Source: Bdellovibrionota bacterium
GTDB taxonomy: Bacteria > Bdellovibrionota_C > UBA2361 > OMII01
Length of the DNA stretch: 44,465 nt
Assembly: GCA_044356215.1 (NCBI GenBank)
Contig: JBIKWQ010000022.1
Span: forward strand, 1 to 44,465
Direction of reading: 5' to 3'
The position numbers and the translations under genes are program-made. The stretch's first letter is position 1. Each line of letters starts with the position of its first letter. Of the stretch, positions 17,049 to 25,861 are shown in pieces. The notes under the pieces were generated by a model, which worked only from the letters and a program-made list of their open reading frames with translations, made no database searches and had not been told where the DNA came from.

Positions 17049-18851
17049 CTATCCTACGATGACTTCTTCGTCCGCGAATGGTTGGCCATCTGCTCTAGGT
17101 TGCACCCAATCTTCCCCGTGATGGGCTCGCATCGATTCTCGCTCGAGTAGAGCTCTAGGTATCAAAGAGTCAACCGATTCCCATGGGAGTACTTCGTCAA
17201 AACTTATCCTACGTGAAACATAAAAGTCTACCTCAGGAACATCACTTAATATCCTCCGGTTGGTTTTACGCATCAACCACTTCCACCCCTCTTTTTGGCG
17301 CTCTAGCTCGATCAATAGCTTGGCAACCCTTCTATCCCCTCTCGAGAGCAACCCCTGAAAATAGCTCTCTTTTGGGGGCTCAAAACGGAGCTCTAAGTTA
17401 GGGATGGGTTGTGTTAGTTTCCTAATCCGGTCAATTTTTTTGTCGAGCGTTTTAGGGTCCAACATAGGCTCCCACTGGAAAGGCGTCGATGCCTTTGGGA
17501 TGAACGGGTTCACTGAGAGCGACACCCAAGCAAGCTTTCCTGTTGGTTTTGATACCTCGACTACGGCATCTCTTACGGCGATAGCCAGTCCAGCGATAGC
17601 ATCGATGTCTTGGTCCTCCTCGGTTGGTAGTCCAACTATAAAGTAGAGCTTGAAACCACGAATTCCGGCCTCTGCCATCTCTCTGGCCGCGTTGATTACC
17701 TGCTCATTGGAGACCCTCTTCCCCGCCGCCCGCCGTAACCGCTCGCTTCCGGCCTCAGGTGCTAGCGCCACTGTTTTGTACTCGCTCTCAGAGATACTCG
17801 CCGCTAAGACCTTTGAAACCTTCTGCGACATGATGGAACTTAGCGAGGCTCTTCCGCCTTGATCGGCAACACTCTTAGCTAGTTTCGAGATTGATTTATG
17901 AGAAGAGACTGCCGCGCCCACAAAACCGATCGCCTCGCTATTCTCAAGTCCTATCTGAACTGTCTCGGTTAAGCTCTCTTCATTTCTTTTTCTAATAGGA
18001 CGATAGATATATCCTGCCACACAAAATCGGCACCCCATTTCACATCCGCGCCCCGTCTCTGTAAGGAACATCGACTTAAATTCAGTCTCTGGAGTTAGGA
18101 TCCGCGAATGCGTCTTGAATTTAGAGAGGTCCTTAACAAACCTACGTCTGGGACGCTTAGGGACATCGTCGCTAGACTCATAACGGTTAACCGTCTCGTC
18201 ACCGTTAAAAACAGGCTTATAGAACCGAGGCACGTAGACGCCTTCTATCTGTGCTAAATTAACAAGCAGCTCGTGACGTGAAAGCCCCTGCTCCTTTGCC
18301 TGATGAACAACTGATATCATCTCAGGAAGAAGCTCTTCTGCCTCTCCTAATACGCAGACATCTAAGAGATCCGCTACAGGTTCAGGATTTAAGGTAACAG
18401 CCGTTCCCCCAGCTATTATAAGCGGGATCGGAAACTTTGCATCCTGCGCCGCCTTATCCCTTTCCTCCCAAGAATCAAAGAGGAGCCCCTGGTTATTCAA
18501 TATCCTTGTCAGGTGGGGATAATCCGTCTCAAAAGAGAGGCTGAAGCCTAAAACATCGCAGTCGGCCAAGAGTCGATTGCTCTCAAAGGATCGCCACTTT
18601 TCATGCTTTGCCGCTGGATCGTCGCCGCCGTCAGGAAGAAAGCCGCGCTCAACGATAACTCGCTGGTCCCGAGCCAAGATATCGTATACCGCCTGGAAAC
18701 CCAGGTTGGACATAGCGACCCAATAGTGATTCGGATAGGTAAGATGGAAGCGAATATCTCCGGTGCTATTGTTATACGGCACAACGTAACGTTCGAGAGC
18801 CTTTAACTCTCGGTTCGTCGGATTCTTGACCTGTGAACGTTGTGTACTCAC
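17049..18851 (-). CDS. Uncharacterised radical SAM protein with N-terminal B12-binding-like region
   Basis: YP..Y...MSNLG; ETGRGCEMGCRFC (CxxxCxxC); APEAGSERLR; FIPK..TPFQW. Confidence 0.88.
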   Translation of the reverse strand: MSTQRSQVKNPTNRELKALERYVVPYNNSTGDIRFHLTYPNHYWVAMSNLGFQAVYDILARDQRVIVERGFLPDGGDDPAAKHEKWRSFESNRLLADCDVLGFSLSFETDYPHLTRILNNQGLLFDSWEERDKAAQDAKFPIPLIIAGGTAVTLNPEPVADLLDVCVLGEAEELLPEMISVVHQAKEQGLSRHELLVNLAQIEGVYVPRFYKPVFNGDETVNRYESSDDVPKRPRRRFVKDLSKFKTHSRILTPETEFKSMFLTETGRGCEMGCRFCVAGYIYRPIRKRNEESLTETVQIGLENSEAIGFVGAAVSSHKSISKLAKSVADQGGRASLSSIMSQKVSKVLAASISESEYKTVALAPEAGSERLRRAAGKRVSNEQVINAAREMAEAGIRGFKLYFIVGLPTEEDQDIDAIAGLAIAVRDAVVEVSKPTGKLAWVSLSVNPFIPKASTPFQWEPMLDPKTLDKKIDRIRKLTQPIPNLELRFEPPKESYFQGLLSRGDRRVAKLLIELERQKEGWKWLMRKTNRRILSDVPEVDFYVSRRISFDEVLPWESVDSLIPRALLERESMRAHHGEDWVQPRADGQPFADEEVIVG

Positions 18852-18856
18852 TCAAA

Positions 18857-19327
18857 TTACCTTTCGTCTTTTGATGCTCGCGGTGTCAGGTTTCTGTAGC
18901 TCCGGAGCCTAAGCTCGGCGCGCCGCGCGTTCAACCCACTTTGAACCTCCTCTCCGTCTGAGTGTCCCGGACTTAGAGTATATGAGTAAGAACTGAACTT
19001 TACAGTTGAGCCGTTTTCGTTTCGCTGCACCAGATCAACACTAACAGAGTAACGGTCTTTTGAATTGTTAGTTACTGAAAAGCGCCAGGATGACTCACCA
19101 CGACGCGAAATCGATCCGGATATAACCGGAAGCTCCTTACTAAAGATATCTTCATCTCCAAAGATCTCCCCAACGATACGCGATCCCGCTCCAGAAACAG
19201 AGGCGACCGCGAGAAGTCCGCTCTTGGGGAGTTTTCTGCTGGGCTCGACCTTCTTTGGATCTTCAGCGTAAGCAAATACGCCTAAACAAATACTTGTGGT
19301 TGCTAAGATGCAAGAAATAAGGCGCAT
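18857..19327 (-). CDS. Secreted hypothetical protein
   Basis: Signal peptide ending AYA; 5-bp gap to radical SAM gene. Confidence 0.65.
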   Translation of the reverse strand: MRLISCILATTSICLGVFAYAEDPKKVEPSRKLPKSGLLAVASVSGAGSRIVGEIFGDEDIFSKELPVISGSISRRGESSWRFSVTNNSKDRYSVSVDLVQRNENGSTVKFSSYSYTLSPGHSDGEEVQSGLNARRAELRLRSYRNLTPRASKDER

Positions 19328-19416
19328 GGGCGTGGAGTTTACCAGGATAGTCGCGGGATAGGAAGGCGCGACGGTGGCAGGCCAGTCCCTAAATAACCGT
19401 TACATAGCCATTCCAA

Positions 19417-19540
19417 CGTGAACGTGCTCGTGCACTTGCTCGTAAACCTACTCGATTCGCCACTACTAACATCTTAGTTGGCTACTGTATGACCCTGAAT
19501 TCGGGTACGTTTCTCGTTTACGTGCACGAGCAGGAGCACG
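19417..19540. repeat. Inverted arrays of degenerate 6-bp units (CGTGCT-type) forming an imperfect hairpin
   Basis: Left CGTGAA CGTGCT CGTGCA CTTGCT CGTAAA CCTACT; right arm reverse complement CGTGCT CCTGCT CGTGCA CGTAAA. Confidence 0.7.
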
Positions 19541-19593
19541 ACAGACGACCTCTTCCATCACAGCTTGAGGCACTTCTACGACCGCAACCTCCC

Positions 19594-19986
19594 CTACTGC
19601 CCACCCCCAAGCTGTTGCACTGGGCTATTCCCTGGATTAGGAGGCCCGCCAAATCGGTCACGACCATCGATTATTACGCCGATCCCGCTACCCGCCACAC
19701 CATTACCTACTGTTTGAGGAGTAGGTCTACGATTAACTGGGACAGGTCCGGAACTTGACCATGTTCTCATCTTCTGTCCGGTCTCAGTAACTATCTCCTC
19801 TCCCGGCATGACTGGCGGAAGACGGTCGTTATACTGCCTAGTAGTAGGTCTTTGATCTTGGGGGCTCGAAACCGCCTGGTCACCGTCGGCGTAGCAACAT
19901 TGAGCTGACACGAGAAATAAAGCGGCGAAAGCCGCAAAGATGCTCAGGCTTGTTGAACTATACGGTGCGAGATTCTTCTTGCTCAT
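19594..19986 (-). CDS. Secreted Pro/Gly/Gln-rich hypothetical protein
   Basis: Signal-peptide-like N-terminus; low-complexity tail. Confidence 0.6.
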   Translation of the reverse strand: MSKKNLAPYSSTSLSIFAAFAALFLVSAQCCYADGDQAVSSPQDQRPTTRQYNDRLPPVMPGEEIVTETGQKMRTWSSSGPVPVNRRPTPQTVGNGVAGSGIGVIIDGRDRFGGPPNPGNSPVQQLGGGQ

Positions 19987-20032
19987 AATACTAAGGGTAT
20001 CGCATATTACGACTGCTGGCCAAGAGAATCAT

Positions 20033-20195
20033 CAGGGCGTCGCAGTTCTTTATCACCACAGAGGACGCAGAGGACACAGAGAACGGCCATTTTACGGGCA
20101 ATTATGGATTTTTCTCTGTGTCCTCTGCGTCCTCTGTGGTAAAAAATATTTTAGTAACTATCCCAGCAGCTTACCAAAAACACTGCGACGCCCTA
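20033..20195. mobile_element. MITE-like element copy 2 (163 bp)
   Basis: CAGGGCGTCGCAGT...ACTGCGACGCCCTA; 9-bp DR GAGAATCAT at 20024-20032 and 20196-20204; same internal hairpin. Confidence 0.92.
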
Positions 20196-20218
20196 GAGAA
20201 TCATTTGAATAACCTTTT

Positions 20219-20866
20219 ATGCCCCCATCACCATCCGTAACAGTACTAATATCCGGCCGAGGCAGTAACTTAATGGCATTACACGAGAGGGCAAGCGGCT
20301 ACCGAATCGGAGCTGTTATAAGCAACAACTCAGAGGCCGCCGGCCTGAGATGGGCCGAGGAGCGCGGAATACCGTGCCACACGGTCTTGAGGAACGATTT
20401 TCAGAGTCTTCTTGATTTCAAGACTGCGGTACTTCAGGCAGTAATAAATACATCTCCGGATCTCGTGGCCTTAGCTGGTTTTATGGTTGTTCTGCAGCCC
20501 TCCTTCATCGATGAATTCTCCGGGCGCTTAATCAATATCCATCCATCTTTGCTACCTAAATTCCCTGGCTTAGACACCCATCAGAGGGCGCTCGAAGCTG
20601 GAGAAAGTGAACATGGAGCTTCTGTGCATTTCGTCGCCACTGGGGTTGATACAGGAGCTCTCATAGCTCAGGGCAAGGTCGCCGTTTCTCCATCGGATTC
20701 TCCTGAGAGCCTCGCTGAGCGAACGCTAACGGTGGAGCATAAGCTGTATCCGTGGGTTGTTTCACACTTAGTGACGGGAGCGATCTCCCTTCGCGGCGAT
20801 TCAGTAGAGTACAGTGACCTAGTTCGTAGCGAAGCTATAGAAAAAGGATTTATCCTGCCTGAGTAA
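20219..20866 (+). CDS. purN: Phosphoribosylglycinamide formyltransferase
   Basis: ISGRGSNL, LAGFM, INIHPSLLPKFPG, G.SVHFV..GVD.G. Confidence 0.96.
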   Translation: MPPSPSVTVLISGRGSNLMALHERASGYRIGAVISNNSEAAGLRWAEERGIPCHTVLRNDFQSLLDFKTAVLQAVINTSPDLVALAGFMVVLQPSFIDEFSGRLINIHPSLLPKFPGLDTHQRALEAGESEHGASVHFVATGVDTGALIAQGKVAVSPSDSPESLAERTLTVEHKLYPWVVSHLVTGAISLRGDSVEYSDLVRSEAIEKGFILPE

Positions 20867-20876
20867 GGAGCCTATC

Positions 20877-21581
20877 ATGAGTGAACTTAAATTGACCTAT
20901 GCGGGACACTCCGCTGTATTTATGGAACTCGCAGGGTTGCAGATTGCCATAGATCCGTGGCTTAAGGGTAATCCTCTGTGTCCAAGCAGCCTACAAAATC
21001 CTGACAAGCTCGACATAATAGCTCTTACTCACGGACACTCCGATCACGCCAGCGACGCGGTGCGAATTCAGAAACTAACCGGTTGTAAGATAGCCGCGAC
21101 GTACGAGTTGGCGATGATCATGATCTCCGAGGGGGTCGCTCCAGATAAAGTTATTCCGATGAACAAAGGAGGATCCGTAAAGATCGAAGGGGTAACCCTA
21201 AGGCTTACGAACGCTTTTCATTCAAGCTCGTATGACGGCAAGGATGGGACTGTTTACGCCGGTGAGGCTTGTGGTGTGGTTGTTTCAGCGGGAGATCTCG
21301 CGGTTTATCACGCAGGAGACACCTCGCTTTTTAGCGATATGAAGCAGATTGGTGAGCTTTATCGGCCAACCATCGCCTTATTACCGATAGGAGATCGCTT
21401 TACGATGGGGCCTCATGAGGCAGCTCATGCCGCTCGTCTGATCGGAGCATCCGTGGCGATACCGATCCACTATAAAACTTTTGACTTATTAACGGGCACG
21501 GCAGAAGAGTTTAAGAGCCAGTGCGCGACTCACAAGGTAGAGTGCGAAGAGTTGAAAGTTGGCGAGAGAGTTACCTTCTAG
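20877..21581 (+). CDS. Metal-dependent hydrolase, MBL fold (UPF0173/YtkL-like)
   Basis: GHS, IDPWL.GNP, THGHSDH, AFHSSS, YHAGDT, PIGDRFTMG, PIHY. Confidence 0.92.
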   Translation: MSELKLTYAGHSAVFMELAGLQIAIDPWLKGNPLCPSSLQNPDKLDIIALTHGHSDHASDAVRIQKLTGCKIAATYELAMIMISEGVAPDKVIPMNKGGSVKIEGVTLRLTNAFHSSSYDGKDGTVYAGEACGVVVSAGDLAVYHAGDTSLFSDMKQIGELYRPTIALLPIGDRFTMGPHEAAHAARLIGASVAIPIHYKTFDLLTGTAEEFKSQCATHKVECEELKVGERVTF

Positions 21582-21588
21582 CTAAAAA

Positions 21589-21674
21589 TGGTGCCCAAGA
21601 GAGGACTTGAACCTCCACGACATTTCTGTCACCAGCACCTCAAACTGGCGTGTCTACCATTCCACCACCTGGGC
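21589..21674 (-). tRNA. tRNA-Leu(GAG)
   Basis: Reverse complement GCCCAGG..TGGTAGAC..CCAGT-TTGAGGT-GCTGG, long variable arm, GGTTCAAGTCC, CCA end; follows secG. Confidence 0.96.
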
Positions 21675-21735
21675 ATTTACTAAAGCCGCCATCAGAGATC
21701 GCCGCTTATCGAGAACTCCAATCTATCAAGCGAAA

Positions 21736-22149
21736 CTACTTCGCCGGAGCGGCTTCAACCTGCGCTGGCGGCTGCTGAGCTGGCGCTTGTGGCGCACTCT
21801 CGGCTGCCGTTCCCGCATTGGCATCCGCTTGAGGTGCGGCTGCTGGAGCCTCTTGCTTAACACCGAGAGCCTCAAGATTAAGACCTTCAGTGATGTCAGA
21901 CCTGGAACCGGTAACATTGCCACCAGTCGCCGCTAACCTGACCAAGAGCACGGATGTTAGCATGAAGCAGATCGCAATTAAAGTGGTTGTGCGTACAAGT
22001 AGTGACGACGCGCCTCCCACTCCAAATAGTGAGCTTGAGCCGCCACTTAAAACAGCCCCAGCATCAGCACCCTTGCCCTGCTGCAGCAATACCAAGCCGA
22101 CTAGAACCACTGCTAGTATTATGTGAACTGCAAGAACAAATGTGTACAT
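21736..22149 (-). CDS. secG: Preprotein translocase subunit SecG
   Basis: LVLLQQGKGADAG..GGS.SLFG, two TM helices, Ala/Pro/Gln tail; secG-tRNA-Leu order. Confidence 0.95.
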   Translation of the reverse strand: MYTFVLAVHIILAVVLVGLVLLQQGKGADAGAVLSGGSSSLFGVGGASSLLVRTTTLIAICFMLTSVLLVRLAATGGNVTGSRSDITEGLNLEALGVKQEAPAAAPQADANAGTAAESAPQAPAQQPPAQVEAAPAK

Positions 22150-22246
22150 ATCAGCAACCTTAAACGGTTAAAACGTTAGGGAGGGGTTTTGCCGGCCTTC
22201 CTTCGGGATGTTAGCACTCATTTCATTTTGAGGAAACAGATGGCTG

Positions 22247-24214
22247 TTAACGAGATGGTACCACATTACGGCCTATCGATATCCAAACCAGTCCACCGAC
22301 AAAAGCGACTAAAACTAGAGGAACAACAGGCGCGATAAGCCCCGTGAAAGCGGCTACAAGAACCATTAAGCCTCCAAATCCCGACATAAGTCTTAAGCGG
22401 TCCACAGTTCGGCTGTGATCGCGGCACTCTTTAAGAAGGTGCTTTAGTGGGGCGATCTCGGGGGTAAAGGCAACAACTGTCCCCCTCCTCAGAGTTCCCT
22501 CTGTGCTGTTAAATAGCGTCATTTCTCGCGTGGCAGTCTGACCTATCAGGTTCGACTCGTCTCCACGAATAAGGAGTGTGGAATCGCCCAAGGCGCGCGA
22601 TACACCCGAGCTTCTACAAACAGTTACTCCACCCTCCCAAATAGCGCTCGAATTATCAGCAGGAACGATCGCTGACTGGTTAAGCGCGATATGGAAACGC
22701 GCGACGATCTCATCTCCGAGCGCGACTAATATAACCCGCTCCGCTCCATCGATCACACCGACGATATCAACCGATCCATCAGTCGGTTGAACCATTATTC
22801 CACGTTCGACAAGGAAGTCCTCGCTACCAACTGATAGGTCAACGCCGTGCACTACACCGCAGATTCCACGGTCCTGATACTCACGCAGGTCCACGACCCT
22901 TTCCACCGATGGAGAACTACAGTTGCGCCGGCAGTACTCACCCGCCGCTACCAAGTAACGGTCTTCCGCCCTACCCAATAAAGCACTCAAGAAATCGCAA
23001 AGCGCCTTAGTAGAGAGACGATCGTCTAGCACATCAAGAGCAACGCACTGCACCATAGATTCGCCGCCACACCGAGACGGGTCGCATTCGACTGATTCAA
23101 TCTGCGACAACTCCCTGCACGATGCGGATCCGGTCAAGAGATAGCCGCGCGAGATCCAGCGTCGCACAAGGGCCTTCCTTAGGCCATAAACTAGTCCGCT
23201 CACCTGACACACCGCGCCGAAAAGCGCCACAGTTCCGAGCGCCAACATCGCGTTTACGTAACCCGGAGACCTCTCATTCCAGAAGATACCCGCCGCGACC
23301 GCGAGAAAGAGAATCGCCATAGCCGACCAACGAGATGCCTTCAAGTCCTCTCTCTCAAGGCCGTACTCTGCCTCTTGTAGCATTGGACTTATGAGGCTCT
23401 GAACCTGAGTTAAGCAGGCGTCTCCGTGATTCGTAAGAGCTATGACCTCCGCTGAGCCAGCTAAAACCTCTGAGCCAGCGCAGACCACCTCATCCTCTTC
23501 CCTTACCCTGAAGGTTGGTAGAGGGGATAGATTCCTTTCATCTAGCGCCAGGCAGCCCTTCACGATCCGGCAATCAGCGGTTAGCACATCTCCGGATTTT
23601 AACGAAATTGTTTCTCCCACCTTTACATCTCGGGCTGACCCGACATCTTGTGTGTACAAATAGGAGGAGTCGCTTCTGGTTGAACGCGAGCCTAGAATCG
23701 AAAAGCCCTTACCCAAAAGAACGGTCGCTGCAGCTAGTCCTGGAGAGGCTACGAGAAGCGGAGTAATCGCTATACCGGCTGAACTGAAAACGGCGGTGAA
23801 CACTCCCGCACAACAACCCGCTAGTCCCAGTAAAGGTAGTGGATCGAATACCGAGCGCGCCGCCTGTGTGCTCTTGATTAGAAAAAAAGATTCGCAGATA
23901 CAAACAAGGGCAGCCAAAGAGGTAGATAAAAGCGCTATAAGCTTGATCGGCTGCTCCCCTGGTCTGGCAGCTACCATTGAGAAGGCCACGCCAGCCAATA
24001 TAAAGGCTGCACCTGCTAGAACGAATCGTGACCTGAACGACGCCGCGCTCGGAGCACGGGCTAACATCAGAGATGGCCCATTATCACTAAGGTTTATCGC
24101 ACCATTATCCTTTAAGGGAGTCGCGCCCTCACGGCCGATAAGCTTGTCTGAATTGGTCGGCTCCTGAGACGTCGGTTGATCTGTGGACTTAGGCGGACTG
24201 ACTACTGAACCCAT
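22247..24214 (-). CDS. Degenerate P1B-type ATPase-like membrane protein
   Basis: A-domain VKVGE.I.LKSGD...D..I..G...DE; GSEV..GS; N-domain G.GI.G.V.G....VGS..FL; canonical TGE, CPC, DKTGT, HP, GDGxND motifs not present. Confidence 0.7.
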   Translation of the reverse strand: MGSVVSPPKSTDQPTSQEPTNSDKLIGREGATPLKDNGAINLSDNGPSLMLARAPSAASFRSRFVLAGAAFILAGVAFSMVAARPGEQPIKLIALLSTSLAALVCICESFFLIKSTQAARSVFDPLPLLGLAGCCAGVFTAVFSSAGIAITPLLVASPGLAAATVLLGKGFSILGSRSTRSDSSYLYTQDVGSARDVKVGETISLKSGDVLTADCRIVKGCLALDERNLSPLPTFRVREEDEVVCAGSEVLAGSAEVIALTNHGDACLTQVQSLISPMLQEAEYGLEREDLKASRWSAMAILFLAVAAGIFWNERSPGYVNAMLALGTVALFGAVCQVSGLVYGLRKALVRRWISRGYLLTGSASCRELSQIESVECDPSRCGGESMVQCVALDVLDDRLSTKALCDFLSALLGRAEDRYLVAAGEYCRRNCSSPSVERVVDLREYQDRGICGVVHGVDLSVGSEDFLVERGIMVQPTDGSVDIVGVIDGAERVILVALGDEIVARFHIALNQSAIVPADNSSAIWEGGVTVCRSSGVSRALGDSTLLIRGDESNLIGQTATREMTLFNSTEGTLRRGTVVAFTPEIAPLKHLLKECRDHSRTVDRLRLMSGFGGLMVLVAAFTGLIAPVVPLVLVAFVGGLVWISIGRNVVPSR

Positions 24215-24248
24215 ATATCTCCAGGCGACCCTCCGTTAACAGACGTTT

Positions 24249-24271
24249 AAAACCCCGATTAGACATCGGGG
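24249..24271 (-). terminator. Intrinsic terminator after rpmG
   Basis: CCCCGAT-N5-ATCGGGG stem followed by TTTT on minus strand. Confidence 0.65.
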
Positions 24272-24282
24272 CAGAGAGAAGC

Positions 24283-24525
24283 CTACTCTGACTTCGTCTC
24301 GCTTCCCTCTGTCGTGGAAGCTGTCGAGCCGGCTACGTACTTCTTCTTAAGCTTAGAAAGCTTTCTATCCTCGAAAACCACGTGCTTGCGGGCCACAGGA
24401 TCGTACTTACGAAGCTTTAACTTAGCCTCGCCCTTACCCTTTTTCTTGTTCTTGCGGTTTGTATAGAAGAACCCGGTTCCCTCAGAAGAAACGAGGAAGA
24501 ATGTGTCTTTTGCAGCCTTTGCCAT
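24283..24525 (-). CDS. rpmG: 50S ribosomal protein L33 (Cys-free) with C-terminal extension
   Basis: LVSSEGTGFFY...KN....KL.LRKYDPVARKHV.F. Confidence 0.93.
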   Translation of the reverse strand: MAKAAKDTFFLVSSEGTGFFYTNRKNKKKGKGEAKLKLRKYDPVARKHVVFEDRKLSKLKKKYVAGSTASTTEGSETKSE

Positions 24526-24616
24526 AAATTTATCCTTAGGACGTTACCTCAAACCCCCTTTCTTACCTTAAAACGCCTGAAGTTTCAAGGTATAGCCCTT
24601 CAGTAAAGCGTAGAGG

Positions 24617-25861
24617 CTATAACGGCTTACTAACCGCGACGGAGATAACATTACCTCCAAATCCCGCTGAGTTAACCAGAATTACCCCGCCCTGAATAAT
24701 TGGGTCTACAGTTTGTTTCGGCTGGTCCTGGTAAGGAAATCCTGGCCAGCGAGCGCCGCTCAATATGGCTGACGCAAGACTCAAACTAAGCATCGGAGCC
24801 GCGCCGTAGCTATGCCCCGTAATGTGCTTTGTGGAGTATACCGGTATGTTTCCAAGCACTCTTCGAACGGCGACAAGCTCAGCCTCATCCCCACGTTGCG
24901 ATCCCGGGGCATGCATGACAACACCAACGATCCTCCGATCTCCGTCCAGCGCTGCGACGGCGGAGTCCATCGACTTCTCAAACGCGGCGCCATCCTCTGT
25001 TATGCCTGTCGGTGAAGGTATCCGCTCCATCGCCCATCCGATTGCTGATAGCTCAAGGTCATCCGCGGCGACTATGAAGTTGGAAGATCGAGATAACAGC
25101 ACGGCAGCTCCCGCCGCTTCGCCTAGAGCGACGGTATTTTTCTTTATTTCGGTTGCTCCCAGCGCACGGCATGGCCAGTCGCCGGTATCGTCTGAGTAAA
25201 TACGCAGGGCCTTCAGTTGCGCGATCGTGTACGGTGTTAGACATGCCTCCGCTCCACCAAAGAGCGCAGCTTTGGCCATACTGCTTAGAATAAAAGAGCG
25301 CGCGACCAAAAGAGAGTGGAAAGCAGATGAGCAGGTCATTGATGTGTTAACGCAGGCTATACTAGGCAGGGCCGATTGCGTCGCTATTCGGTTGAGCAGA
25401 TCCTGAGCTATCGATGATGATATGTTCCCAGCAGTTGTAACCGGTGATGTGAGAGCGCTGATCGGTGAAGAGCTATTCGCGAGTCGAAAACTACTTTCCA
25501 AAGTTTCAGTCGCGCCTCTTGAAGATCCGAATGAAACGCAGCCGATATCCTCAAGATCTAAACCGAGAGCGCGCGCTCTTTCTATCGCGAGCCTAGCGGC
25601 GGAGATCCCTAATAGCGCCACTCGATCGAGGCGATGACAGCTCCCATCCTTTCGAAGATCCTGTATGAGTCTCTGGGCGTTGCTCGATAATCGAAATACA
25701 CGGGTAGGGTCGTCTGGCCTGAGAGATTCCACTGGCGCGGACCGTAATTTAAACGCACCCTCCCAGGTTTCTACTGGCGCGTCGGCGGCAATTCCGATCG
25801 ACGATAAAGTAGTAAGGCCACGAATTATTAACGGTCCTCCCTTATCCACAAGCACCCCCAA
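24617..25861 (-). CDS. Beta-ketoacyl synthase (FabB/F-like) overlapping bioF
   Basis: GSSRGAT, S.TCSS (Cys), LGEAA, MHAPGS (His), STKH.TGH (Lys, His), NSAGFGGN. Confidence 0.85.
   Translation of the reverse strand: MGVLVDKGGPLIIRGLTTLSSIGIAADAPVETWEGAFKLRSAPVESLRPDDPTRVFRLSSNAQRLIQDLRKDGSCHRLDRVALLGISAARLAIERARALGLDLEDIGCVSFGSSRGATETLESSFRLANSSSPISALTSPVTTAGNISSSIAQDLLNRIATQSALPSIACVNTSMTCSSAFHSLLVARSFILSSMAKAALFGGAEACLTPYTIAQLKALRIYSDDTGDWPCRALGATEIKKNTVALGEAAGAAVLLSRSSNFIVAADDLELSAIGWAMERIPSPTGITEDGAAFEKSMDSAVAALDGDRRIVGVVMHAPGSQRGDEAELVAVRRVLGNIPVYSTKHITGHSYGAAPMLSLSLASAILSGARWPGFPYQDQPKQTVDPIIQGGVILVNSAGFGGNVISVAVSKPL

Noticed and set aside
19489..19758. 89-aa plus-strand ORF (VYVHEQEH)
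   Set aside because: Made from the hexamer repeat and the antisense of ORF 19594-19986.
19940..20212. 90-aa ORF containing LCVLCVLCG
   Set aside because: Artefact of reading through MITE copy 2; the Cys pattern comes from the 9-nt repeat units.
1252..21674. Prophage or island spanning the recombinase to tRNA-Leu
   Set aside because: Intervening genes are housekeeping, and I saw no duplicated tRNA 3' end near the recombinase.
22211..22237. TTAGCACTC, a CIRCE half-site upstream of secG
   Set aside because: The second half (GAGTGCTAA after N9) is absent and there is no chaperone gene.
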